Of a stretch of DNA of 64,000 nucleotides, positions 13,931 to 27,174 are shown in pieces; the stretch's first letter is position 1; the number at the start of each line of letters is the position of its first letter. A model generated the notes under the pieces. The model was not told the DNA's origin, did not search any database, and saw only the letters and a list, made by a program, of their open reading frames with translations. The position numbers and the translations under genes are program-made. The DNA comes from Felis catus (taxonomy: Eukaryota): positions 128,156,001 through 128,220,000 of the forward strand of contig NC_058368.1 of NCBI RefSeq assembly GCF_018350175.1. Direction: 5' to 3'.

Positions 13931-14749
13931 CCTCCCAGAAGTGGTTTTCTTCCTGTGGTTTGCTATGTAACCATTCTTCCTCTCTTTCATAGATCTTCCT
14001 GTGTGAGAAACCAGACTCTGCTATTTTCTCTATTTCCCACCTCCCAGGATAAGTTGGGAGGTAATTCAGCCTACTCCTTCCAATGGCCCTGCTCCTCCCC
14101 AGTGACACCTAGCTCCATGGAATCCAATGCAGGGATTCTATAAGGCATTCTATGTAGACTGCTCATTTAAAGAAATACTTGACAGTAACTTCAGAGGAAC
14201 AGTGACTGTCCATTCTGTCTGAAAATAGGAATAAAAGTTACTTTGGGGGATTCATATTAGACACGAACTATGTGAAAGGACATAAAGAGACTGACCTCTT
14301 CCAATATCATCCCATCAACTGACAATTATGCCTAGAGTATCCCAATTCTGTCTGCTTCCAGTCACTAGCCAACCACCGTACCCTTAGGAAAAAAAGGAAC
14401 TTATTCATATCCAATTATCCAATTAAGTGTCAACCAGTACTTACATTATTTCCATCACTTTCCCCATTCTCTTTAAAAAGTGAAATGACTGATCTGTAAC
14501 ATTGGTCATCATCGCTGAAAAATTCTCTGGTACTATCTGCCCTGGGCTCCCTCAGGCAGGTACTTGGAATTAGCCTGCTTTTTCTCTGCAGCAGAGGTGA
14601 TAACAGGCCACCAGCTGAGGAGAATATGTTCCAACTCCAGACCTGAGGTGTCTATAAGAAGGTTTCAAGTTTTGAGTGTATTCTCACCTACACACTGTGC
14701 CCCATTCATAGCATCCAGGAACCCTGGAAACCACATGGATTGTTTCCTC

Positions 14750-15070
14750 TTTCCTGACATAAGTTTTCAGGTCTTTATTTACAGATCACCTTCTCTGTGA
14801 ACCTGCCCTACAAGCTTTATCCACAATTTATAAACATTATACACACACACACACACACACACACCACTTCCCATCACCTTTCTCTATACTTTCCTTATCA
14901 CTGTATATGATGCATTGTACTTACTTATCTTATTCATTGCCTGCCTCCCTTTCTATAATGACAGCTTCATAAAGGCAGGATTTTTTTTTACATCTTAATT
15001 ACTAATGGACCTAAAATAGTACCTGACATCAAGGATACATGCAGTAAATATCAATAAATAATTGAATCAG
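14750..15070 (+). mobile_element. L2 3' end with an internal (CA)n at about 14841-14863
   Basis: cagcttcataaaggcaggat..cctaaaatagtacctgacat..agtaaatat..aattgaat terminus. Confidence 0.65.
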
Positions 15071-15179
15071 CTACTGATCAAAACTCTAACTGTGCCCACA
15101 TGGTGATAACAAAGGGCTCCTAGTCACACTGTCTGCACTAAAGGTAGAGAACTACAGGCCTGGCTATAGCAGCACCCCA

Positions 15180-15655
15180 TCTTTATCAGCTTCCTACTCC
15201 TGCAACAAATTACCACAAATTTAGTCGGCATACAACAATAAAAGTTTATCATCTTACAGTTCTGTAGGTCCTAAGTCCAACACGGGTCTCAAGGCTAAAA
15301 TAAGCTGCTGGCAGAGGTCTGCTCCTTTCTGGAGATTTTAGGCAAGATTTATTTTCTTACCTTTCTCAGCTTCCAAGGTCATCACACCCCCTCGCTTGTG
15401 ATCACTTCCTCCATTTTCAAAGCCAGCACTTTCACATCCCTCTACTCTTTCTTAATCATATCTCCTTCTCTTTCTCTGCTTCCTCTGTAAGGATTACATT
15501 GGACACACTCAGTTATCCAAAATAATCTATTTCAAGGTCATCTATTAACAATCTTAAATCCATCTGCAACCATATGATCTGTAAGCTAACATATTCACAG
15601 ATCCAATGAATGAGGGCATGGAACTTTTTGGAGGGTCATTATTCTTCCCACCACA
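15180..15655 (-). mobile_element. MaLR MLT1-type solo LTR
   Basis: caacaaattaccacaaatttagt..tttatcatcttacagttctgtaggtc..gattacattggacacactcag..cattattcttcccaccaca. Confidence 0.8.
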
Positions 15656-17659
15656 TGTTTCTCTAGAACGACGAAAGAACGGATAAGTCCTCCCCTATCA
15701 ATCTAATAGCTGTGATGTTTCTGATCCAGATCCACACTCCATCCCTGGGTTTGGCATAGCACATACCTCATGAGACTTAAAGACAGAAGGTGTGTATTCA
15801 AGACCCTCCCTGAAATAGCTGCTCTTATAACCTGGTATGATCAACTCCATCACCGTCACTGAGGCCCTGTTTTCTCAACAGAAAAACGCAAATAACAAAA
15901 CCTACTGAGAGGGCTACTACAAAAACTAAATGCAGTAACACTTATACAAGTTCTATAAATGTCAAATTCCACACAATGTAAAGAATCATTATTATGAGAG
16001 AGATCTGTAGCAACAGCGATATTCTAAGTTTGTATTGAAGGTGGCTTTCATCATTTGGCTCCCTGAAAGAAATAACCTAAATTATCACTTGCATAACTTT
16101 GGATGAATCAGAAAATTGACAACACCATCCACAGTTCTAGTCCTGCATTACCATTACCTGGTTTGTGAGGACAAGATTGTGCAAACAAACTAATTATGAA
16201 CAATGAATTTGGTTTCTCCTGTTTGAAGATTCATATATTTTTCTTCAAAAAGTAACACGAGGAAGCAGATGATCCTCACCTTTATGTAATCTAAGAAGCA
16301 ATCACTGTATTTATTTATATACTTCCTTTTAGACTCCTTAACATGGGAAATGTGTCTCATACTTTTTTGTGACTTTGAACAGCAGCATTTTCCTTGGTAC
16401 GGAGATGCCAAAAGAGTATTTGTGAAATTAATGAATGGGTTAATACATGAATGATTACTAATTGGTTAGAGACCCACATGAGAAATACGCCCATGCTGCT
16501 CATCTACAGTTTATAAATCTTCCATTTCCCAGTCTCTTGTTTATTCCATTCTGAGGTTCTAGACCTCAGGGGTCTGAGGGGTGTTCAGGGGTTCTGAACA
16601 CATGGGATAAACGGCCTTTGCATGGCCTCTGGAAAGTCATTACAATTCTCTTTAAAGCAATTTCTTTGAACGGAGAGCACCAGTCTTCAATTCATGCTCC
16701 CAAACACCACTGTCATGATGAAATACCTCTTCCTAAAGTTCCCCTAACAAGGGTACAACAGGGAAGATTTTGAACTTGAAATTCAAGTAAAAGCATTGAA
16801 GATCTGCAACGTATTTAACTAGGTACTCCCCTAAGGTAGTTGTAACTACTGCTTTTATGAAGCTAGAGAAGCATTTCATAGAAGTTAACAAGTGTTATTA
16901 GTGGACAAAGATCTGATGGTGAACCTCCTGGCCTCTGATGGGCCTCACCCCAAGAAGGGCTTATATCACAGGGGTCAGTGGATGACACTATCAGATACGT
17001 TTCAGTAAGTCAAGGGCTTAGACAAATCTCTGAACCTGCTTCTGTCAAACTCAAGCTACAACCAATTTAAACCTCCACAGGGTAGATGCTTCATACATGG
17101 GAACAACTTCCTAAGGAGACAGTGGAAGCTGGGCCCCTGATGACTCCATACTGCCTGATTTGCCGAGAGAAGAAGGCTTTACTCAACTGAGTCTTTAAGC
17201 AGTGAGTGTCTGTGCTCAATACTTAGGGGGTCAGTTCCATTTATTTTCCTTTCAAGCAGGAACACTGAAGAAATAAGACTTGTGTGTTGCCCACTGCAAT
17301 TAGAAAATAATGCTAATCGACTAAGAAGTTAAAAGAATAAGCTATGTTTGTATTGACCTTCCCTTTAAATACTCTTGGACTTAGAATATAAAGGGAAAGA
17401 GGTCTTGACAATGTGAATGTCTGCCGGCAACAGAAAATTCCAATTCAGCAATTCCCTAATAATCATTTTTGCCAAACTCATAACAAATACCTCAGGATTT
17501 ACTCAAATCTAATACTGGAGTGGCAACATTTCAAACTATTTCCCCTTTAGGAACTCAAGGAAAGTAATGAATGGCTACTACATCTTTCTTTACAAACTTA
17601 CCAGAGATTCTGGCATAGAAAAAATTATTTCACAACAAAATATTAATTGAAATCTATTA

Positions 17660-17700
17660 GGAGCACCTGGCCAGCTTAGTCAGTAAAGAATGAGGCTCTT
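17660..17700 (+). pseudogene. Tailless 41-bp retrocopy of a tRNA-Lys-like Can-SINE head
   Basis: ggagcacctggccagcttagtcagtaaagaatgaggctctt lies between aattgaaatctatta (17645-17659) and aattgaactctatta (17701-17715). Confidence 0.75.
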
Positions 17701-18007
17701 AATTGAACTCTATTATGGAACTAACTCACACATTGAAAAAGAGAATTCAATAAAAATTTCCCTGAGAGGGTTATTACCTGCAGGTTTTCCTAAATTTTCT
17801 AAATCTGTATTTTCAAGTGATATGACGTTTTAGTGCAGTTTATGAGCTAAATAGAACTTTAATTAGCAAAAGGTGAAATACATATCAGCCATCTGAATTT
17901 TTATTCAGTGTTATTTATGTTAATTCCAATCTATGTTCCTCCCAATTTTTCAGTAAAATCCACCTTTGTCAAACAGGGATTTCCTATAATTTTAATACAA
18001 AGGCTTT

Positions 18008-18010
<3 letters not shown>

Positions 18011-18042
<32 letters not shown>
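18011..18042. repeat. (AC)n microsatellite
   Basis: Perfect dinucleotide run. Confidence 0.95.
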
Positions 18043-18046
<4 letters not shown>

Positions 18047-21000
18047 TACTTCAGCACAGATGCCAATCTTTCCTATCACACAGCATTGTTTAATGAACTG
18101 GTTTCAAAAATAAAAAGAAGAGAGAACAATACATTTTAAATTACAGTAACAACTCTTTCCTCTTCCTGTAAAATTTCTCTCCATACCTTAGGTTTTTATC
18201 CCTGGGCATAACAATGTTCATTATTATTTTAAAATTAATTAGGAATTGTATTTTTATGAAGAACTTGAAACTCTTTGGAGATTTACTATGTTAAAAAGAA
18301 AATGTATACATGTTTCCCAGAGCAGGTTATGTTTCACTTACCTACAGATTTGCCTGAATTTTCTAAATCCTTGCTTATTTTCAACTAAAATAACATTGTT
18401 TTCTTCAGTATTAAGAACTAAATTTAACTCTAATCAACAAATTTAAGTTTTATCAGCCAGATTTTCATTTTCTCTTATTTATGTAAGTTCCAATCTGTGG
18501 TCCCCTAAATTTTCCATAGGAAACTCGGATAACCAATCACTAAGCACAAATGAAGGCAATACTCTAGTCACCAGCAATGATATTTCAAATCCCTAAGTTG
18601 TCTTATCTACTTGCACGTATTTAAGATCTTTGAGGATGGAACAGCAACAAGGTCATTACTTTGGCAGAGTCCATGAATCTCCATGAACATCCACAGATCT
18701 GAGATTTTCTACACCTTGCTTTGAAGTAAACATTTTGTTGAAAGCAAAAGACCAATTCACCAAACCAAAGAATTCTTGCATAGGAGTTTGACCAACTCTC
18801 TTACATCTTTACCTGCAGGGTAGTCCCAAAACTCAACGTTGTTTAAGGTTACACTAATACTTCTAAATTAACCCACAACACAAATTTTCTTCAAAGGGCC
18901 CCACCCCAAGACCTATCCCAGCCAATGCACAGGTACAGTGTGATTCTCCTAAACCAAATCCTGTTCAAGAAGAGATTTCAAGGTCCCAGCAAATCCCCAC
19001 CTCAGTTATGAGAATAGCTGTACCAGTAGAAAGCTGACAGCCTCCATGTGACAAATAACTTGTTGAAAACCAATCAACCACAGACAGCTTATTATTCCGA
19101 AGTGCTTTTAAAATGCAAGGTCTTTGTTAAGTTTTGGAAATTTGACTTCTACTATTTAAGATGGCCCATTCCACAACAATGGCTTCATAATTAGATCTAT
19201 TTATTTTGACAGTCCATAGTTCCTGATAAAAGGCCATCTGCAACATTTTCAAATTAAGGATTTTTCCTACAAAGAACATTGTTATTCACAACGTGAAATA
19301 CTGAGGCTTGAAAGGAAAGTGTAATCAAAGACCACAACATAAAATTCCATTATCTCAGTGTCTGATTTTGCCTCTGCCTTCTCAATTTAAAGAGGAAGAA
19401 TGAGAAGTAAATGTACTACGTAGCAAGGCATAAAGGATGGGGGAATAGAATTGCTGAGTTCAATTGCAAATATCTCCTGAGCCAAAATTTTGACTTTTCT
19501 TTCTCTTTCTTTTACATTTACAAAACATAGTACATCATCTACACTATGTCCTATTCACGTAGGCTATCAAGATTAAGGTGGGAGAAAAAGCAAACAAGCA
19601 AACTTCTCTTCAAAACCCTCCCACCATCTGCCTCAGCATCCATCAACCACACCTGAATGTCCATTTGATGAGCTGGGCTCCCTTCCCAGTATTACTTTCT
19701 CCAGGCCTGTTCCTTACTGCTGCCAGGGCCACCAGGTAGAATAGCACAGGTTCTGTACAAAGGTCTCCAGTGCAAGGGGCCAACTAAGAACTGAAACTTA
19801 CTCCACAGTTACCAAGAGAATCAGCTACTCGTGCCCAGCTGGGAAGGCCTCCTATTTGTCCACTGCTTGGCAAATACCAGAGGTATCTTGCCATCACCAA
19901 GGAAGTTATTCAGCAATGGCTAAATTAAGTCAAGGAAAGTGGTCAGAGTAGTGGTGAGAGCAGTCAAAGTGTTAGCCACATTCACAGGCCTGTTAGTAGC
20001 TGGACAGACCACCCAATTTCCGCCTTGACCACATCAGTTCATTTCCAGACAGGTCTTCACTTCGATTGGCACCAAGTGTCTGGCATTATGTCATCTAGAT
20101 CAGGACTATCCCCAGCTCAGGTGACCCCCCCACCTTGTCTGAGTTCTTGAGAAAGTCACTGCCCCATAGAATCAGTTGCTGAGGGGAACCTTGACAGCCC
20201 TTGGGCCCACATACTTCCCAATGCAGGAATTCCCTCTATAGCATCCTGTCACATCAACCAACCTACACCTGAACACTTCTAATGAGTAAGAACTCCTCCA
20301 AAAGCCACCCCTTCTGGCTTTAAGAAAACCAGCCTTCTTCCTCTTCTCCTGTGTCAGGAATAGAATCATTAGCTACCATTTAGCCAGTGCTTATTATGGG
20401 ATTTAGATAAATGGAGTTATTTAATCCCCAAAGCAATCTTGTGAGGGAGGTACTACCACTACCCTTTTTCAAAAAAGGAATAAACTCCGAGAATGAAAGA
20501 ATGTGCCCCAGATCACACGGCTGAATGAGGACCTGCCCCAACGTCACACTGCAGCACCCTGTTTGTATTCACTAAGCTCTACTTCTGCAAGTTTCAGCAA
20601 CTCTATCTCTTCAAAATACAAGAAGGTGTACATACCCAATGTGAAATTTTAGGTCCCTGAAATTCCCTAATTTGTTTATACTAATGAAGGAGAAAAAGAA
20701 TAAGTTTAAGCAATATTTAAACTTCACTTGAATAATTAGTATTTATTTCCTTCTATCTGATCCATTCTAGACCTATTTGATAGTTGTCCTCTCAGGAAGT
20801 AGCTTCACTTCTCCATTCCCAAGTTTTTGGGGTTGGAGTGTGAGAGGTCATGGGATGAGAGCAGGGGTCAGTGCAATATTACCTTTGGGCACTGCTTAAG
20901 AAACTTCAAGAAAGCAATGAAGTAAAACAATTCTGAATGTTACCTCTTAACCTTTTCTTCTATTTGAAATACAGAGTATTAATAAATTGTTTAAAAGAAA

Positions 21001-23077
21001 AAAAGATGTCAGCACAAAGAAAAATTAAAGGCCCAAAAGAATGCCTTTGGATAAAATGAGTTGAACATACATTGTCCCATCATGCCTTTCCAGCACCTCA
21101 ACTCCTTTCTATGTTTAACGAATTACTCACCATATGGTTCTTTGAGCATACAAAACTACTTCCATTGGAGCGGTCAAAATAGGCAGATTCTTGCTTTTGC
21201 AGCCACTCTGCCAATTCTATGGCACAAATCATAAGCTTTCCATGAACAGTGAGACATACCCATCCTGGGTCTTCAGATCAGGGAACCACGGACTCAGGGA
21301 AGAGGGAGCTTCCCCTCTGGTGACTGTGACAGCAGCAGTCAGTTGTCAAGCAAGGAGCATCGGCAGAGCCAGCCCCAGCAGTGGGCATGCCAGCCCCCAC
21401 GTTGTGTCCAGCTGGAGCAGAAGAAATGGCTCACCAAGCTGGTTCCGTGTCTGACTCTGATGGCAGTTCTGGCTTCTCTTTGTTCCCACCCATATTCTAA
21501 GCCTAGCACCGGAAATTTTTCAGAGATTCTACCAGATGCCTGTTATCCTTCAGAAAATTTCTGTTACATTTAAACCAGCCAGAGTCAGCTTCAACCATTT
21601 GCCTTCAAGATTCCTAAGGGATATATTATATACAAGGACATATTTGTGCTACATCACAACTGCAATGGCATCAGGCCGTATTAGGACCTGCCACCAAATC
21701 CTTACCAGCCTGTGAGACTTAACCTACCCTTGGACCTGAAAAATCACAAGGATGACCAAACTCGCTCATGGTTTTTTTTCATTACTACATTATACAATGA
21801 CCAGTCTCAGAATCTCAGAGAATGGGAAAGCAGAAATGGATGAGACTGTAGTTCATAAGTGTTTCATGGTTTCCCCACTATTCTTAAATGTAAATTCTTA
21901 ACAAATCCCAAGTCTATTTAACAATATATAAATTCCTGTCTTAACATTCTGCAACTAAAAGTTTATACAACTAAAAGTGGGGTTGAGGTGGTATTGGAGG
22001 TGGAGAGGTGAAGACTGCTTAATGCACAAATTTTTTATTTCATTGGGTATCAGGGCAACATCAGCAAAACACAGCATGTGGGGCCAAAGCCTTCCAAGGT
22101 ATTTTAAAAGAGAATCAGTCTTTATAAACGAGAAAACTGCTATAGGGTACACAGGACTTTATTACACAAAAGCTATGCTTTAAATAGAGTAAAACTGTTT
22201 AACAAACCATCATGTGTAGAAAAAACCGTCAAGGAAAGCAAGGACAGGATAAACATGAATCTCAAAAAGGTGGTTCAGAGGAAGAAAAAGTAAAATGCGA
22301 AGGGCTTATCTTCCCTAAATGAGCAGGGGACACACAGTAGTTTGTTTCATTATTAGGCTTTAAACTACTTGGACATACAAGGTAAATCATAATGAAAACT
22401 CTAAAGACACAAAGGACAAATAATGATAAGACTACAACAGACCATGTTACAGGAATAGCTTTCTTCAGTCTACTTAATTGTGGAAGCCCCCTGGTTAAAT
22501 AACACATACCCCTGGAGCAAACACACTCTTGCTCTATCTTAACATGGAGGACAGAGCCCACATCCTTTTCATGGCAAGACCACCAGGCTGATAGCAGCCC
22601 TGAGTCAGATAATCACAAGCAGGTGGAGGTGATAGCTTGACATTGATCTTCATCAAGGGTAATTCACAGGCTCTCTGCAGCCTCTCACTCCAGACTCCAT
22701 TTCAGGGATCCAGATGTTAAACGTGACCATTGGCTAATTGCTTACTTTAACAGGCACTTCCCAGGCAACTCCACCCCCGCAGACACCCCTCCAGTTGCCT
22801 AGCCTCGATTAAAGTGCTGCTTATTACAAAACATTGACAATGTTCCCGGAACATGTTTGCAGGTCTGCCTCAATCAACAGATCTGTCTGGCTCAATAAAC
22901 TGATACATTCTGGCCTCTTCCCTGCAACATCTTAATAAGACAGCCAGAAAGCTGCTTTTTTGTTAACCTTTTAAAATGTTAGACATGAGTCTCGATAAAA
23001 CCTAAAGCTCAGTTCCCAAGTGGATGAGAAACAGAACTCTAACTGCTCATCAACGAAGTATAAAAAAAATAAAATCC

Positions 23078-23290
23078 AGGGCACCTGTGTGGCTCAGTCG
23101 GTTCAGTGTCTGACTTCAGCTCAGGTCATGATCTCACCATCTGTGGGTTTGAGACCCGCGTCAGGCTCTGTGCTGACAGCTCAGAGCCTGGAGCCTGCTT
23201 CAGATTCTGTGTCTCCTTCTCTCTGCCCCTCCCATGCTTGCGCTCTGTCTCTGTTTCTCAATAATAAATAAACATTAAAAAAAATAAATA
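23078..23290 (+). mobile_element. Can-SINE
   Basis: Head, CT tract and A tail, with A-rich flanks (aaaaataaaat). Confidence 0.94.
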
Positions 23291-24555
23291 AAAATAAAAT
23301 ACAATCCAACAGAAAAACTTCTGTTGGAACCCTCACAGCTGAGAAATACAACGAATGACTTCCAGTGCTCCCTCTAGGAGTGGATGGTGAGGGGTCTGCT
23401 GGTAGACACTGTTTCGTTGTACAAGAAATGCCTGAAAATAGCAATAATGTGAGGACAATAATTCCATCCACCACATTCTCGTGGTTTGTGTGACATAATT
23501 GGAGAAAGCATATGAATTTGTCCATCCAAAGATCTTCTGGTTAAATCTCACCTCTACCGCTTTTGAGTCTTCTTTTCCTCACTTGTGTGGTGAAAACAAT
23601 AAAGTCTTCCTCGTGGAGCTGTGAAAGAAATCTCCACCATGCGGTCTGTCATGTGGAAGGTGCTCAGCAATTATTGGCTCTAATCCTATTCCCTAGAACA
23701 GCTACAGCCACAAAAAGCTGCTTCATTCCTGACTGCTGTGGCATGAGCTGGTCTGTCCAGGTCCATAGCTTCCTAGGAGTCCATGGTTGCACCATCAAAT
23801 TGACAATCACACCTTAGAATGCCCTGGAGCAACTTTCTACAATAGGCACAAGCCATTACTATATGGGGGCACCCAAGATTGAAGATCATGTTTAGAGCTA
23901 TAAATTGGCTTCATTCCAGTCCCACAGAGTTGATGATCTTCTCTGCATGCTTAACATTTAGTAAAACTGCTACATTAAGGCAAAATGGTGAAGCAGTCCT
24001 ACAACTGTCATTGTTGATCCCTATACACCCTCATGGTATGTTCCCTGTGCCCTCATAATCAGGCACCCCATGACTACATTTAATAAATGTTCCCCGTTAT
24101 TCCACAGCTATAATCTCCACATTATCACCTTTTGAGGTTCACCAATTCGAACTCTGTTCCATCCCTCACCACAAAAAATGTTACCTGCTCCATGTCTCAC
24201 TTATAGAATCACAAGCGGAACCATTTAGGGGAGATCTACTCTAATCTTCCATTTAATAGAAAAACTGTGGCCCTGAGGCCCAGAGAAGTGAAGCCAGATG
24301 CTAGGTGACGTCACAGCTGGGTCTGGAGGACAGACCCTCTGGCTCCAAGGCCAGCACTGTTTCCACTATAGAGCTCTGCCTTAGCAGAGAGGCTCCTCAA
24401 CCAGACCAGAACCACGGCACACGATCGCTTAGTGTATTCCTGCTCTAAGGTAGTATTTGCTTTTAACAGGGACCCTTAAGTAATGAGTAATACTTGCACT
24501 TTCAAAACAGCAGCCATGCCAGTGGGTAGATAACTGGGGTCAAATAAGCAGCTTT

Positions 24556-24775
24556 GGGGGTACCTGGGTGGCTCAGTCAGTTAAGCGTCCGACTTTGGCT
24601 CAGGTCATGATCTCGCGGTCCGTGAGTTCGAGCCCCGTGTCAGGCTCTGTGCTGACAGCTCAGAGCCTGGAGGCTGTTTCAGATTCTGTGTCTTCCTCTC
24701 TCTGTGACCCTCCCCCATTCATATTCTGTCTCTCCCTGTCTCAAAAATAAATAAACGTTAAAAAAATTTTTTTTT
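24556..24775 (+). mobile_element. Can-SINE
   Basis: Full-length; TSD agcagctttgg / agaagctttgg. Confidence 0.95.
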
Positions 24776-24959
24776 GAAAAAGAAGCTTTGGCTTCCCCAA
24801 ATCATTCCACTTATGTGACCACCTACACTCTCCAGAAAATGTTCTGCAGATGAAGGAAAATATGAACTCCATCCACCATCCATCTATGTGTTCAACAAAC
24901 ATTTGCTGTGTGTCCACTATGTACAAGCCACAGTGCTATAGGTATTCAAAAGATTACCC

Positions 24960-25230
24960 CTTCCCCCATTATTCACTTTCTGTGTATCAGTTATCACACT
25001 CATCTTCACAGTCATCCTATGAAGTAGCTATTCTATCTGCCATTTTACAGATAAGGAAACTAGATCTAACAAAAGTTAAGTAAATACTCCAAGTCCTGAG
25101 GTCTAACAAAAGTTAAGTAAATACCACGAGTCCTGAGGTCTAACAAAAGTTAAGTAAATATTCAAGTACTGACGTTAGTAAGTAGCAGGAGCTGGGATTC
25201 AACCTGCCCTACTTGGGAGCGTATGCCTTA
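24960..25230 (-). mobile_element. MIR carrying an internal minisatellite
   Basis: ccattttacagataaggaaact before the repeat and gttagtaagtagcaggagctgggattcaacc after it. Confidence 0.75.
25065..25174. repeat. Tandem repeat, 3 x ~37 bp
   Basis: Unit tctaacaaaagttaagtaaatactccaagtcctgagg at 25065, 25102 and 25139. Confidence 0.95.
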
Positions 25231-25904
25231 GATGGCCTTCCTGGTGCTTTCTCAGTGCAGGTTCATGGCTGACCTTTGGTGGGGGCATGTCAAGAAATGC
25301 AAATAAGAACAAACCTGTGAAGCAGGTACTAGGCAGATAGTAAAAGCTTTATCTTTTTTAAGGTTGGACAGGAAAAACCTTTTTATAAAATTTGTTTAGT
25401 TTGGAACTCAATGACACTTTGGGTTGCAACACCAATATATAAATGGTAGAGAATTTTAACATAAACTTGTCAATTTTTTCAAATTGTCTAAAATTTCAAT
25501 TGTCTAAAATTCAATGGACACAAAAATGTATATATAAACATTTTTCTGGTTCCTGCAGTCTGACCTAACTATAAGTTTAGTTTGTGTGTCAATACCCGAG
25601 CCATGCACTTTTTGGCACCCTATACATTTATTTACCTAGAGGTCAGGCCACATTCATTTCTCATTTAAGTGGTACACAGTGAGTAGGTGGGGTTCAATAA
25701 AACGACGCTGACTGCCTAAGAACCATGAGAATGGAATGTTGAATAGCCATTCTTTGGCTGAGAACAATGGGTTTGTTAACTTGAGTGTAATAACAATTAG
25801 TAGACTTCCCTTAGGATTACATTACCTCTGCTCAAGTGACTACCAAAACTCTCTGATGTCAGGTCACTGAATACAATTTCAGAAGCATATGGCTTCTCGA
25901 GCAA

Positions 25905-26105
25905 CACTACTTAATACAACTTTCTGTGATGATGGAAATGATCTTCTGATGTCTCCTTTACCAAGCATAACAGCTACTAATCACATATGGGTACTAAGTA
26001 CTTGAAATGGGGCTGTGTGACTGAGGAACTGGATTGTTCATTTTATTTCATCTTAATTAATGGGAATAGTCATATGTAGCTGGTGGCCCCCAGAAGAGAG
26101 CCCAG
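25905..26105. mobile_element. MER3-like non-autonomous hAT-Charlie DNA transposon
   Basis: aatacaactttctgtgatgatggaaatg..agtacttgaaatggggctgtgtgactgaggaactg..tagtcatatgtagctggtggc. Confidence 0.75.
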
Positions 26106-27174
26106 TTTTAGAGGAACTGATATCAGGAAAGGTGATTTATAGAGGGTGGAATGAGGGCTTAGTAATTTAACATGGCAGTTTCCTGTTAGATCCTTAACTT
26201 CCCAGAAGCATTACCACCTAGAGGACCTGAACCAGGTTGAAAAGAGACCAGTTTGCCTATGATACTTTTCCTTCCCTAAATCTAGGGCCCCTTAAGGGAG
26301 CACATGGACCACAATCAGGAACAAGAGAATGAGAGAAAGTCAAGTGACCTTGGAATCTTTAAGCCCATAGCCGCAGAGGAGAAAACTGGAGTTCAAAGAC
26401 GAAGCCAACTACCCTATGTCATAAAATGGCAGAACCGTAGTAGCCCCTGAGAGATGATAGATGACCCCCTGATAGTAACTTGTGGAGCTTTTAGCACCAT
26501 GATGAAAATGAGACCATTGGCCCTACCCAGATCTCAAACCATACCACATTGCACCTGCCACTATATCCAACCCAAACCTCACCAGGAGTCTCACTACACC
26601 TACTAAGAAAACAAAAGATAGCAAATAGCTCAATGTTTACAGACTCTCAAAGGCTTATGGTACTGCTTATTAATTATAGTATAGTGGCCTACATCTGTTT
26701 GAAAAGGAATATGTGCTGAGCATGAGACAAACACTTGGCTAAGGATTTTACAGATATTAGTATATTTTAATCTCTGAAACATACTTGTGATTATATTCCC
26801 AATTTATAGTTCATAAATAATGAGATTAAGTATCTTTCTCAAGAACATAGGGACAAAGTAGTAGAATACGAATTCAAATGCAAGGTGGGCTCCAAAGCCC
26901 AAACACTTTGCACCACACCCTCATTGCACCAGCTACTCCCATAAGGCTCTTTCCAACAGATGGCCTCTCGGGGGCTCTCCATAAAACACATCACCTTGTA
27001 ATTTTTGTTACCTTTCCTAAATTACAGTCCTATCATTAATGAATGATGAAAATTCTATTACTTAACTGAGAAAAATAATTGAGGTATCTCTTGCTAAATG
27101 AAAATAACAAAATAAAACTTAACATCCTCAGTGACAAAATCATTGGTAACCATTCCCCATTCAGATTTACCCAA

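Larger units (their letters stand above)
17600..18526. repeat. Diverged direct duplication with a period of about 565-570 bp
   Basis: Collinear blocks: ttacctgcaggttttcctaaattttctaaatc / ttacctacagatttgcctgaattttctaaatc, tattttcaa, tatcagcca, and ttatttatgttaattccaatct / ttatttatgtaagttccaatct. Confidence 0.75.

Noticed and set aside
25065..25174. 37-bp repeats of CRISPR-like length
   Set aside because: The units are contiguous with no unique spacers, sit inside a mammalian MIR, and there are no cas genes.
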